This document shows, piece after piece, positions 41,156 to 53,591 of a stretch of 64,000 bases of DNA. The notes under the pieces were generated by a model. The model was not told where the DNA came from, ran no database searches, and saw nothing but the letters and a program-made list of their open reading frames with translations. The translations under genes were made by a program, and so were the position numbers. Source of the stretch: Eledone cirrhosa (lineage: Eukaryota); contig OZ024758.1 of the NCBI GenBank assembly GCA_964016885.1, positions 11,470,001 through 11,534,000 of the forward strand, in the 5' to 3' direction. The number at the start of each line of letters is the position of its first letter. Positions within the stretch are counted from its first letter, which is position 1.

Positions 41156-42745
41156 ATAGGCAGTGAATTGGGTCTTTAATATATAGGCAGTGAATTGGGT
41201 TGTTAATATATAGGCAGTGAATTGGGTCTTTAATATATAGGCAGTGAATTGGGTCTTTAATATATAGGCAGTGAATTGGGTCGTTAATATATAGGCAGTG
41301 AATTGGGTCTTTAATATATAGGCAGTGAATTGGGTCTTTAATATATAGGCAGTGAATTGGGTTGTTAATATATAGGCAGTGAATTGGGTCTTTAATATAT
41401 AGGCAGTGAATTGAGTCGTTAATATATAGGCAGTGAATTGGGTCGTTAATATATAGGCAGTGAATTGGGTTGTTAATATATAGGCAGTGAATTGAGTCGT
41501 TAATATATAGGCAGTGAATTGGGTCGTTAATATATAGGCAGTAAATTGGGTCTTTAATATATAGGCAGTGAATTGAGTCGTTAATATATAGGCAGTGAAT
41601 TGGGTCTTTAATATATAGGCAGTGAATTGAGTCGTTAATATATAGGCAGTGAATTGGGTCTTTAATATATAGGCAGTGAATTGGGTCTTTAATATATAGG
41701 CAGTGAATTGGGTCTTTAATATATAGGCAGTGAATTGAGTCGTTAATATATAGGCAGTGAATTGGGTCGTTAATATATAGGCAGTGAATTGGGTTGTTAA
41801 TATATAGGCAGTGAATTGAGTCGTTAATATATAGGCAGTGAATTGAGTCGTTAATATATAGGCAGTGAATTGGGTCTTTAATATATAGGCAGCGAATTGA
41901 GTCGTTAATATATAGGCAGTGAATTGGGTCTTTAATATATAGGCAGCGAATTGAGTCGTTAATATATAGGCAGTGAATTGGGTCTTTAATATATAGGCAG
42001 TGAATTGAGTCGTTAATATATAGGCAGTGAATTGGGTCTTTAATATATAGGCAGCGAATTGAGTCGTTAATATATAGGCAGTGAATTGGGTCTTTAATAT
42101 ATAGGCAGTGAATTGGGTCTTTAATATATAGGCAGTGAATTGAGTCGTTAATATATAGGCAGTGAATTGGGTCTTTAATATATAGGCAGCGAATTGAGTC
42201 GTTAATATATAGGCAGTGAATTGGGTCTTTAATATATAGGCAGTGAATTGGGTCTTTAATATATAGGCAGTGAATTGAGTCGTTAATATATAGGCAGTGA
42301 ATTGGGTTGTTAATATATAGGCAGTGAATTGGGTCGTTAATATGTAGGTAGTGAATTGGGTCGTTAATATATAGGCAGTGAATTGGGTCTTTAATATAGA
42401 GGCAGTGAATTGGGTCGTTAATATATAGGCAGTGAATTGGGTCTTTAATATATAGGCAGTGAATTGGGTCTTTAATATATAGGCAGTGAATTGAGTCGTT
42501 AATATATAGGCAGTGAATTGGGTTGTTAATATATAGGCAGTGAATTGGGTCGTTAATATGTAGGTAGTGAATTGGGTCGTTAATATATAGGCAGTGAATT
42601 GGGTCATTAATATAGAGGCAGTGAATTGGGTCGTTAATATATAGGCAGTGAATTGGGTCATTAACATAGAGGCAGTGAATTGGGTCGTTAATATATAGGC
42701 AGTGAATTGGGTCATTAATATAGAGGCAATGAATTGGGTCGTTAA
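41156..42745. repeat. 27-bp tandem repeat, about 59 copies, derived from a SINE 5' head
   Basis: ggcagtgaattgggtc(t/g)ttaatatata; the last unit runs into a degenerate SINE body with B box near 42795. Confidence 0.92.
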
Positions 42746-43447
42746 AACAACAGATAGAATTCTTTGTGCTATTTGGTTCAGCACTCTATTATCTGAGTTC
42801 AAATCCAACTGAAGTCAACTTTCCCTTTCATCCATTCAAGGATGATACAGCTCAGCACCAGTGACCTGCCGTATATATATATACACTATCTATACATTAT
42901 ATACACCCTATGTACAGTATATATACTGTTAAAATATATGATGTTGTCGAAGGGAGAAGCAAATACCGATACAGCTTGGCACCATTGACATCGCAACTCC
43001 TTTCTACAGATGAGTAAACTGGAGCAATGTGAAATAAAAAGTGTCATGCTCAAGGTCACAATGCAAAGCCTGGTCTGAGAATCGAACTCACAACCTCACA
43101 ATTGTAAGCCCGACACTCTAACCACAAAGCCATGCGTCTTCAAAAGCAATAACTAAGAATAAAACTTTCTTACCCAACCAGATGTGGAACAGGTCAAATT
43201 AACACCAAAATATATACTTAAATGATCATCACAATGTAGCAAAACTCGATTATCTCTGCCAAAGAAAGAAAAATACTTATCAATCTACAAATGTATTTTG
43301 TAGGAACGTCGACATACATGAAATAATACATAGTATAATATACAAGGATCTCATGCTTCAACTTATACTACACACACACACATATATATATACACATGCA
43401 CATAAATATACATACATAATCTTTTAAATCTCTCTCTCCCCCCCCTC

Positions 43448-43494
<47 letters not shown>

Positions 43495-43625
43495 GAGGTT
43501 ATATTTAATTTGTTGGGATTTAACAAGCTTAAACATTTTTATAACTGATATAAAGCACTCAACAGTTTAGCGGAGTAAATATACAATATATTAATAAATG
43601 TAAACTATATTTATAAAACCATAAT

Positions 43626-43691
43626 TATTTTATTATATATATTTCAATGGCAACCAAGGTAGATTATGGTGCGCTTTCATCAGATAAAATA
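43626..43691 (-). ncRNA. Minimal type I hammerhead, family A
   Basis: tattttat-CTGATGA-aagcgcacca..tggttgccatt-GAAA-tatata-TA-ataaaata. Confidence 0.78.
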
Positions 43692-43914
43692 CAGATTTGT
43701 TTTATAAATAAATATTGATATATATATATATATATTCACTAACATGAACAATCTATAATATTCTGAATAATATGAATAATTTATTCCGAGCATCCACAGT
43801 TTTCCCCCTAACATCGATCTATCGTGGGTTTACCCCCCCCCCCCGGATAATTGACTATTTCAGCACATGCGTATTCGTACAGTTGTTTTTCTTTTTCCGT
43901 ACAGCCTCATTTAA

Positions 43915-43957
43915 ACTGAGCTGATGATCCAAACAAGGTGAAACAATTGTTCTCGGT
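43915..43957 (+). ncRNA. Minimal type I hammerhead, family F
   Basis: actgag-CTGATGA-tcc aaacaa ggt-GAAA-caattg-TT-ctcggt. Confidence 0.75.
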
Positions 43958-44409
43958 AATGGTGAACTAACTGTTGTGTAACCCCTTCTACCAAACTCGT
44001 CCCACATGGACTGAGTGTTCTACTACTATGGATATAATCCTCCAGTGTTCTACTATTATATATATATATATATCATCATCATCATCATCATCATCATTTT
44101 ATGTCCGCTTTTTCCCTGCTTGCAAGGGTGGGACAGGAACTGATTCTGGCTTGATTTTTACAACTGGATGCCCTTCCTAACACCAACCTCATTTAGAGTG
44201 AGTGGTGGGTGCTTTTTTGCCGTGGCACCTCCACGACCACTTTGCAGTGGAATGATAGGGACCCCAGTCCCTATCATCTCATTTCTACAGCTGAGTAAAC
44301 TGGAGAAGTTAAGTTTTCTTGCTCAAGGAAACAACACATCACCCAGTCTGAGAATTGAACTCACAACCTTTCGATTGCAAGGCGAATGCTCTAACCACTA
44401 AGCCATGTG

Positions 44410-44548
<139 letters not shown>

Positions 44549-44706
44549 TATTAATAAATGGATACTATATTTATAAAACCATATTTATTTCATTATACAT
44601 ATTTCAAGGACATCAGGATTGTCATACTATCCTGATGTCTTCCAAAAGTAACGGTCGCATTTTGAAAGGGTATGTCAATGTTTATTTATAAAACTGGTAT
44701 ATATTG

Positions 44707-44771
44707 TATTTTGTCTGATGAAGGCATACCATAATTTAACATGGCATCCTTGAAATATGTATAATGAAATA
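44707..44771 (+). ncRNA. Minimal type I hammerhead, family A
   Basis: tattttgt-CTGATGA-aggcataccat..atggcatcctt-GAAA-tatgta-TA-atgaaata. Confidence 0.75.
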
Positions 44772-44986
44772 AATATGGTTTTATAAATATAGTTTCCATT
44801 TATTAATATCGTATATTTACTCCAAATACTTGTCGAGTGCTTTATATCAGTTATAAAAATATTTTCTTGTTGTATCCCAACAATTTAAATAGAACTTTTG
44901 CATATATATATAGGAACGAGTAGGACCCCGACGGCTGAGCCCAAGCCGTTTCGATGGCTAATTCTTATGAATGTGTATGTATGTAA

Positions 44987-45028
<42 letters not shown>

Positions 45029-45147
45029 TTACATACATACACATTCATAAGGTCTCAGGAAAAAGATCCCTGCCAAACACTTAATACAAAGAAAAAAAAA
45101 CAAGAAAAATTATCTTACAAGAAACGTAGGCTATTCAAGTCTTCTGG

Positions 45148-45717
45148 ATACATGGGATATATTGATAGATGTAACTGACCGTGGTCATTGGGACACTTTA
45201 GCTGTGTCATGTGTCTCAAGACATGGGATATATTGATAAATGTAACTGACCATGGTCATTGGAGCACTTTGGCTGCCTCATGTGTCTCAAGACTTGGGAT
45301 ATATTGATAAATGTAACTGACCGTGGTCATTGGATCACTTTGGCTGCCTCATGTGTCTCAAGACATGGGAAGTATTGATAGATGTAACTGACCGTGGTCA
45401 TTGGAGCACTTTGGCTGCCTCATGTGCCTGAAGACTTGGGATGTATTGATAGATGTAACTGACCGTGGTCATTGGAGCACTTTGGCTGCCTCATGTGCCT
45501 GAAGACTTGGGATGTATTGATAAATGTAACTGACCATGGTGATTGGATCACTTTGGCTGCCTCATGTGTCTCAAGACATGGGATGTATTGATAAATGTAA
45601 CTGACCGTGGACATTGGAGCACTTTGGCTGCCTCATGTGTCTCAAGACATGGGATGTATTGATAAATGTAACTGACCATGGTCATTGGAGTACTTTGGCT
45701 GCCTCATATGTCTCAAC
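45148..45717. repeat. 71-bp tandem repeat x8
   Basis: gacatgggatatattgataaatgtaactgaccatggtcattggagcactttggctgcctcatgtgtctcaa. Confidence 0.9.
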
Positions 45718-45821
45718 ATGCCGGAGCTTCTAAGCTATGTAAGCAAGGATCTATTACCATTCCAGCTACATCATTGTATCACTGAACTTATATTCGCAGG
45801 GAAATAATGCTATTATTTATT

Positions 45822-45957
45822 TCATAAGCTACAAATGATAATGATATGTGGGACTACAGGAATCTGCAAGACTTTAACATTTAATGGTTGAATGGTTGTC
45901 CAAATGGTGAATAAAGGAACATAACACATATTTACAACCTTCTCATGGAGCATATGA
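45822..45957 (-). CDS. MRH-like protein exon 4 (terminal)
   Basis: gttttaaccag|T; phase 2 continues (T)HMLHEKVVNMCYVP...HIIIICSL*; AATAAA directly follows the TGA. Confidence 0.65.
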
Positions 45958-46120
45958 CTGGTTAAAACAAACAGTAAAGTAATAATTAGGAAAAGAAAGG
46001 AAACATACATTCATACATATGAAGGCAAATATCCAACTATAATCTTTTCTGTTCTTAAAGACCCCCCTCCTACACATTTCTATTCGTATGAACATATATA
46101 TTTATAAATAAAAAACTTAC

Positions 46121-46206
46121 GTGCTATAATATATGGCAACATTTCCTCCAGTTATTTGAAACAGAGCATCTTTCTGGAGACCAAGACTCATTTCGTTCCA
46201 AGCAAC
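46121..46206 (-). CDS. MRH-like protein exon 3
   Basis: ttttttcag|GTT...AC|gtaagt; 86 nt, phase 0/2; VAWNEMSLGLQKDALFQITGGNVAIYYS (SLG-x-Q-xx-A-x-F pattern). Confidence 0.78.
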
Positions 46207-46263
46207 CTGAAAAAATAAATTCATTCATCGTTACATCATGTATAGAATTGTATATTTCATGTA

Positions 46264-46590
46264 CAGCTGTCCCTCGGTATTGGCGGGGATTACATGCCTG
46301 GAGCATCCGCGAAGAGTGAAAAACACCGAATATTGGATGTGGTCCATAACATTGCCTATAAACGTCAAAACATAACGTAAAATATAGACCAACCAATACG
46401 GTATATTGTTATTAATAATATGGCCTTAAAAAGCGTGAAAAAATATATATTGCCACACAAAAAGCCATAAAAAACCGCGGAAGATATTTACGATTCCGCT
46501 AATACGTGGTGGTTTCCACGAACAATTATTAGTAAAGTTCTCAGGAAATTTCTGCGAATAACCGGGACCGCGAATGACGGGGGTAGACTG
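46264..46590. mobile_element. Tc1/mariner (Tigger/pogo-like) MITE
   Basis: TA|cagctgtccctcggtattggcgg ... ccgcgaatgacgggggtagactg|TA. Confidence 0.7.
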
Positions 46591-46639
46591 TATTCAATAG
46601 AAAGGGCTGATTGTCCGACAAAATATATTACGCCATTTC

Positions 46640-47985
46640 CCTTCTTCTTGTGACGCTAAACTTCGCCATTTGCAGACTGCACATCAATATGAGATACTCT
46701 TCTCCACAAAGTTCGATCACCAACAGCAGAGTTTAAAGAGCAAAGATCAAGTCCAGTCCATAAGTTAACATTATCAAGCCATCGTTTTGGCTGCCGGCTT
46801 GTGCTTCTCTTACCAGCCAACCTTCCTTCCAGGAATATATAATACCTTTGGATCACCAACAGCAGAGTTTAAAGAGCAAAGATCAAGTCCAGTCCATAAG
46901 TTAACATTATCAAGCCATCGTTTTGGCTGCCGGCTTCTGCTTCTCTTACCAGCCAACCTTCCCTCCAGGAATATATAATACCTTTCGATCACCAACAGCA
47001 GAGTTTAAAGAGCAAAGATCAAGTCCAGTCCATAAGTTAACATTATCAAGCCATCGTTTTGGCTGCCGGCTTCTGCTTCTCTTACCAGCCAACCTTCCCT
47101 CCAGGAATATATAATACCTTTCGATCACCAACAGCAGAGTTTAAAGAGCAAAGATCAAGTCCAGTCCATAAGTTAACATTATCAAGCCATCGTTTTGGCT
47201 GCCGGCTTCTGTTTCTCTTGCCAGCCAACCTTCCTTCCAGGAATATATAATACCTTTCGATCACCAACAGCAGAGTTTAAAGAGCATAGATCAAGTCCAG
47301 TCCAGAAGTTGACATTATCAAGCCATCGTTTTGGCTGCCGGTCTCTGCTTCTCTTACCAGCCAACCTTCCCTCCAGGAATATATAATACCTTTCGATCAC
47401 CAACAGCAGAGTTTAAAGAGCAAAGATCAAGTCCAGTCCATAAGTTAACATTATCAAGCCATCGTTTTGGCTGCCGGCTTCTGCTTCTCTTACCAGCCAA
47501 CCTTCCCTCCAGGAATATATAATACCTTTCGATCACCAACAGCAGAGTTTAAAGAGCAAAGATCAAGTCCAGTCCATAAGTTAACATTATCAAGCCATCG
47601 TTTTGGCTGCCGGCTTCTGTTTCTCTTGCCAGCCAACCTTCCTTCCAGGAATATATAATACCTTTCGATCACCAACAGCAGAGTTTAAAGAGCATAGATC
47701 AAGTCCAGTCCAGAAGTTGACATTATCAAGCCATCGTTTTGGCTGCCGGTCTCTGCTTCTCTTACCAGCCAACCTTCCTTCTATGCATAACCTACTCACA
47801 CCACGAGTTGATCTTTTTATATGACCGTATAGTTTGTGTACTCTTGACTTGACAATTGATGTGATTAGTCTAAGTTTGGTATCGGTATCAGCTCACTGAT
47901 ACAGATACGGTCGCTGAGCTGCTTGCCAGTTATAAGCCTTATGATGTGGTTCTACATACTCTTAAATTCGGATTTCAAGTATATC
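46640..47985 (-). mobile_element. RTE-clade LINE 3' end containing 8 tandem copies of a 136-bp unit
   Basis: LEGRLAGKRSRSRQPKRWLDNV..WTG is an RTE ORF2 C-terminal motif; ORF-track period is 136 bp. Confidence 0.85.
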
Positions 47986-48153
47986 TGAGATCGTATCAGA
48001 ATCGGTAGTGTATCGGACAAAATGCTTTGTAGCACATAGCTATAGCGCTTTACGTTCTGAGTTTAAATCCCACCGAGGTTAATTTAATGGACATTGTCCT
48101 TCCTTTCAAATGGAAACATTTATTGTAATACATTCTAGAAAGGTCTGACTTAC

Positions 48154-48235
48154 TGCTACACCTGGTGTGTTGTCAACGATAAAACCTGTACAGGGGTTCC
48201 AGGAACAATTGCCCATATAACACTTTGTCTTGAAT
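48154..48235 (-). CDS. MRH-like protein exon 2
   Basis: ttcctttcaaag|A...GCA|gtaagt; 82 nt, phase 2/0; (R)FKTKCYMGNCSWNPCTGFIVDNTPGVA contains the (Y/W)NPC motif. Confidence 0.8.
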
Positions 48236-48638
48236 CTTTGAAAGGAAAAGAGAAACTATATTAGGCATATATCTAATAATACGCAAACAACAATAACGTA
48301 TGCTGTGTAGCATAGAGTTACGGCCCTTTACGTTCTGAGTTCAAATCTCGCTGAGGTTAGCTTTGCCTTTCATCCTTACGGGGTTGATAAAATAAAGCAG
48401 CAGCAATGCATTGGGGTCAATTTAATTGACTTCCCCCCCCAAAAAAAATTGCTGGCATTGTGCCTAAGTCTGAAACCATTATTATTATAACAGGGATTTG
48501 AATGTCTGACCGAAATATTCGCTACTATATAGCATACATTTTAATATCTACTCAGAGTAGATAATTACACCCTAGTTTGGTAATTTATAAGGACTAATTT
48601 CAGGCAACTAATGTAATCTTTTAATTTACACCCAATAA

Positions 48639-48860
48639 GGCCTAGTGGTAAGGGTGTTGGACTTACAATCATAATATTGTGGGTTCGATTCCTGGGCTGG
48701 GTTGCGTGTTGTGTTCTTGAGCAAAACATTTCACGTTTCTCCAGTATACTCAGCTGAAAATGAGTACCAGTAATAGCTGGGGGTTTAACTTTGCGATGGA
48801 CTGCCGTCCTGTCCAGCCGGAAGTCTTGTACTCTCAGTCGCTTCATGCCATGAAACCGGC
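48639..48860 (+). mobile_element. Second tRNA-derived SINE family (CORE-like); copies on - at about 3060-3200, 9480-9790, 42955-43142, 44075-44410
   Basis: ggcctagtggtaag A box, ggttcgattcc B box, gtgttcttgagcaaaacattt CORE-like segment. Confidence 0.75.
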
Positions 48861-48941
48861 ATAAACATTTCGAATTCTTTATATTCTAGATAGTTAGACT
48901 GATAGGTAGATCTTTAGACAGATAGTTAGATAAACAGACGG

Positions 48942-49000
<59 letters not shown>

Positions 49001-49525
49001 TCTTTCTTTATTTGCCACAGTGGCGTACAAAAATGGGACATTACCAGACGCGACGGCGGGGATTTTACATAAAATCTTTAACAATGATGAATAAAAAACT
49101 ATATATAAAATAAAACAATCGAAATCCCCATTAAGGGCGAACGTTACTGCGGGGTTATTTTACACCCCGTGGATAGAACAACCCTCAACACCAGGAACAC
49201 GTTTTGTAGGTGTTCCTGTCTTCCTCTGTTTATCTTCTTCAACCTACAGGTTTATATACAGAGAAGGCCCATTCACTCTGGCCATTTTCGCCACATTCCC
49301 CACCTTTCAGCGAATTTACTGGGGTGTAGCACCCTCTCTCCACCCCACCTTCCTTCTGAAGTGGTACTTAAATAAGGGGATAGATAGATAGATATGAGAA
49401 ATCTACAGCTTAGAAAGAACTCAATGTTAAAAATAGAGTAGTTATGAATCTATTAAACGTGGTACATATCTTTATATGCCACTTCTTGTATTCCGAGAGG
49501 TGTATCCATATATACATATACATAC

Positions 49526-49591
<66 letters not shown>

Positions 49592-49695
49592 ATATATATA
49601 TATATATATATACGTTATTCCGGGTTGAATCGGAGGTAACCACAGTAAGTAAGGTACTCAATACATGGCAGAGTATAACAGTTTTAATATAGAAG

Positions 49696-49742
49696 AGATT
49701 CTACAGGACTAGAACTGTTTCATTCATTAGAAATCATCAGAT
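49696..49742 (-). ncRNA. Family E hammerhead, 5' strand of stem I lost at the inversion junction
   Basis: CTGATGA-tttctaatgaat-GAAA-cagttctagtcctg-TA-gaatct; upstream bases do not pair. Confidence 0.5.
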
Positions 49743-50140
49743 AATGCACTCAGTATTTTGAATCTGTCTGCAGAATTCTCTAGACCTTTGTCACTTAGTA
49801 GAACCTTAATGACTTTAGCTTTTAAAGAATCTCCCTTTTCTTTAATTCTATCGACCATGACTGACCCCCCACTGACTTTATAGACATCTGTTAGCTTAAG
49901 AGAAACTTATTGACAAGGAATGGTATGCCATCCGGAACCTGTTTATAGAATTCTGTCTGCCTTTGTTACTCTAAAAACATAAATAAATATAAATAAAAAT
50001 AAAAATAAACTATAGCCTTGTAGAATTAGCTTTTAATGAATTCCCTTTTCTATCAACCAATGACCTGCACCCATCCCACTCCCCACCCTCTCCTACCACC
50101 TGTAGAGACCTATAAATACCATATTTATTTGTTGATACCC

Positions 50141-50191
50141 AGATTCCTGATGATTTCTAATGAATGAAACAGTTCTAGTCCTGTAGAATCT
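50141..50191 (+). ncRNA. Type I hammerhead with full stem III, family E
   Basis: agattc-CTGATGA-tttc taat gaat-GAAA-cag ttctagtc ctg-TA-gaatct; perfect 6-bp stem I. Confidence 0.82.
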
Positions 50192-50203
50192 CTTCTATAT
50201 TAA

Positions 50204-50259
<56 letters not shown>

Positions 50260-50289
50260 TAAACACACACATTACACACGCCCGCACAC

Positions 50290-50329
<40 letters not shown>

Positions 50330-50354
50330 CAAACACTCACGCACACACACACAC

Positions 50355-50385
<31 letters not shown>

Positions 50386-50540
50386 CATATATATACAACC
50401 ACCAGACACATACACATGAAAAACACTCACTCTCTCTCACTCAAACACATATATATGTGTGTGTGTTAGTGTGTATATATATATATATATATATTGTTAT
50501 ACTTGGGGAGGGTCATATTTGTGTAATAATATTGCCAGAA

Positions 50541-50608
<68 letters not shown>

Positions 50609-51386
50609 ATACTTGGGGAGGGTCATATTTGTGTAATAATATTGCCAGAATTAATAATATATATATATATATATATACATATTTAAGTATATATATATAT
50701 ATATATTGTTATACTTGGGGAGGGTCATATTTGTGTAATAATATTGCCAGAATTAATAACAGAACACACTCACTGTTTGGTTGGTTTTCGCTTCTGTGTC
50801 TTTTATATCGATTAATTTAATTTATTTGGTCCGCAATGTTACCATTATTACACAACTATGACCCTCCCCAAGTATAACAATATTTGTTTCGACACACGAT
50901 TTCATATTAAAAACCTCGCAAAACTAATTCATCGCCGTTATATATATATATATATATATACGTCCCTTTACGATCTGAGTTCAAATCCTGCCGAGGTTGA
51001 CTTTGCCTTTCATCCTTACGGGATCGATAAAATAAAGTACCAGTAATGCACTGGGTAATTGCTGGCCTTGTGCCTAAAGTAGAAACAGTTTTATATATAT
51101 ATACGTCCTTTTACGATCTGAGTTCAAATCCTGCCGAGGTTGACTTTGCCTTTCATCCTTACGGGATCGATAAAATAAAGTACCAGTAATGCACTGGGTA
51201 ATTGCTGGCCTTGTGCCTAAAGTAGAAACAGTTTTATATATATATATATATATATGCAAAAGTTTTATTTAAAATTGTTGGGTTACAACAAGTAAATATT
51301 TTATAACCGATATAAAGCACTCGACAAGTTTTTGGAGTAGATATACGATAGTAAACAAATGGAAACTATATTTATAAAACCATATT

Positions 51387-51452
51387 TATTTCATTATACA
51401 TATTTCAGGGATACCATATTAAAAATATGGCATGCCTTCGTCAGATAAAATA
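51387..51452 (-). ncRNA. Family A hammerhead (left arm, palindrome 1)
   Basis: reverse complement of 51601-51666. Confidence 0.75.
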
Positions 51453-51600
51453 CAATATATAAACTGTTTTATAAATAATTTTTGACGTACCATAAATATA
51501 AGCGACCATTAAGGTAGGAACTATCAAGTCAGCTTCCTACCTTAATGGTTGCTTATATTTATGGTACGTCAAAATTATTTATAAAACAGTTTATATATTG

Positions 51601-51666
51601 TATTTTATCTGACGAAGGCATGCCATATTTTTAATATGGTATCCCTGAAATATGTATAATGAAATA
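51601..51666 (+). ncRNA. Family A hammerhead (right arm, palindrome 1)
   Basis: tattttat-CTGACGA-aggc atgccatatt ttt aatatggtat ccct-GAAA-tatgta-TA-atgaaata. Confidence 0.78.
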
Positions 51667-51775
51667 AATATGGTTTTATAAATATAGTTTCCATTTGTTT
51701 ACTATCGTATATATATATATATAATATATATATACGATAGTAAACAAATGGAAACTATATTTATAAAACCATATT

Positions 51776-51841
51776 TATTTCATTATATATATTTCAGGGA
51801 TATCATCTTAACAATATGTTATGCCTTCTTCAGACAAAATA
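51776..51841 (-). ncRNA. Family A hammerhead (left arm, palindrome 2)
   Basis: reverse complement of 51917-51982. Confidence 0.7.
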
Positions 51842-51916
51842 CAATATAAACAGTCTTATAAATAAATAGATACGACATACCTTTCAATCGATTTATTTAT
51901 AAGACTGTTTATATTG

Positions 51917-51982
51917 TATTTTGTCTGAAGAAGGCATAACATATTGTTAAGATGATATCCCTGAAATATATATAATGAAATA
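51917..51982 (+). ncRNA. Family A hammerhead (right arm, palindrome 2)
   Basis: tattttgt-CTGAAGA-aggcataacat..atgatatccct-GAAA-tatata-TA-atgaaata. Confidence 0.72.
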
Positions 51983-52785
51983 AATATGGTTTTATAAATA
52001 TAGTTTCCATTTATTTAATATCATAAATATACTCCAAATACTTGTTGAGTGCTTTTATATCAGTTATAAATATTTACTCGTTGTTAACCCAACAATTTAA
52101 ATATAACTTTCCATGTAATATATATATATATATATATATATGCGTGTGTGGGTCTGTTCTACTTAGCTGGTTCAGGAAATACTTGGTCTACTGGTTTGCC
52201 GACCACACTAAATCTAATAACAAGCCATATTCCTCAATATATATAAAGAATGTTACAATAAAAGTATGACTACGACTATCTGGTGTTCTAGCAATTTTAA
52301 ATTGCGTAATAAATTCGGCAGGAGTCAGTGACAATAATAATTGTTTCTCCTTTTGGCACAAGGCCAGCAATTACTCCAGTGGATTACTGGTACTTTATTT
52401 TATCGACCCCGTAAGGATGAAAGGCAAAGTCAACCTCGGCGGGATTTGAACTCAGATCGTAAAAGGACGTATATATATATAAAACTGTTTCTACTTTAGG
52501 CACAAGGCCAGCAATAACCCAGTGCATTACTGGTACTTTATTTTATCGACCCCGTAAGGATGAAAGGCAAAGTTAACTTCGGCGAGAATGAAAACTATTG
52601 TGTACAGTGCTCAGGTGCACTACAATTCATCAACGGTCCATATATAGTACATAGAATAATGTACTAATGTCAGGAAAGTGAACAATGTATATGATATACG
52701 CACAGATACATGCGTGTATATGTGTATATGTGTATATGTATGGAGGTGAACTATCAGGTGTAGTGTAGTGTTGGCGAATTTTGGC

Positions 52786-52839
<54 letters not shown>

Positions 52840-53019
52840 AATTAAGTTAAAAAATGTACATCTACATATGCATACTGAAATACTAGTGTGTATATGAATA
52901 CACGCACGTATACATATGTAGGTGTACCAAGTCTTTCACTGGTCGCTTTAATTGTTTAAGCGTCAGTCATACAAAAGTGAGTTACAAACGAAACGAAATT
53001 TAATTTCGTTTCGTTATTT

Positions 53020-53075
<56 letters not shown>

Positions 53076-53089
53076 CAGCTCTACATGCA

Positions 53090-53131
<42 letters not shown>

Positions 53132-53249
53132 TGCGTGTAGAGCTGCTACTTCTCCGAATTGAGAGAACACAGCTATGATACTATGGACATGTGGTTGGAA
53201 TGTCTCAGGAAAGAATCGCTGGACAGATTTATATCTTGGAGTATGTTAG

Positions 53250-53565
53250 TGGTACTTTATTTTATCGACCCCGTAAGGATGAAAGGCAAATTTAACCTCG
53301 GCGGGATTTGATCTCAGATCATAAATGGCCGTAACTCTATGCTGCAAAGCATGTCGTTCGACCTTCCACCGATACTGTCAATCCACCGCCCTACTATGTA
53401 TAAGTACAATAATTGTTTCTACTTTAGGCACAAGGCCAGCAAATACCCAGTACATTACTGGTACTTTATTTTATCGACCCCATAAGGATGAAAGGCAAAG
53501 TTAACCTCGGCGGGATTTGAGCTCAGACCGCAAAGGGACGTAACTATGCTGGAAAGCATGGCGTA
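53250..53565 (-). mobile_element. Two tRNA-derived SINE copies (further copies near 48300, 50960, 52335, 55115, 57065, 58662, 59938)
   Basis: match to family consensus. Confidence 0.82.
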
Positions 53566-53591
53566 CAATAATAATATAAAACATGGCTTAC

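Larger units (their letters stand above)
49612..50207. mobile_element. Penelope-like remnant, family E (inverted pair); sister copy at 29235-29430
   Basis: shared terminus ...gagtaccttacttactgtggttacc..., inverted hammerhead-bearing segments, (TA)n flanks. Confidence 0.65.
51255..52118. mobile_element. Two adjacent palindromic family-A elements (four hammerheads); other copies 7325-7530, 35060-35222, 43492-43718, 44546-44902
   Basis: arms about 51341-51520/51534-51712 and 51731-51868/51891-52022; shared terminus ...gtgctttatatcagttataaa...cccaacaatttaaatataactt. Confidence 0.72.

Noticed and set aside
41132-42808. 558-aa ORF of TTQFTAYIL repeats
   Set aside because: Stop-free frame of a 27-bp SINE-derived minisatellite; no splice or domain evidence.
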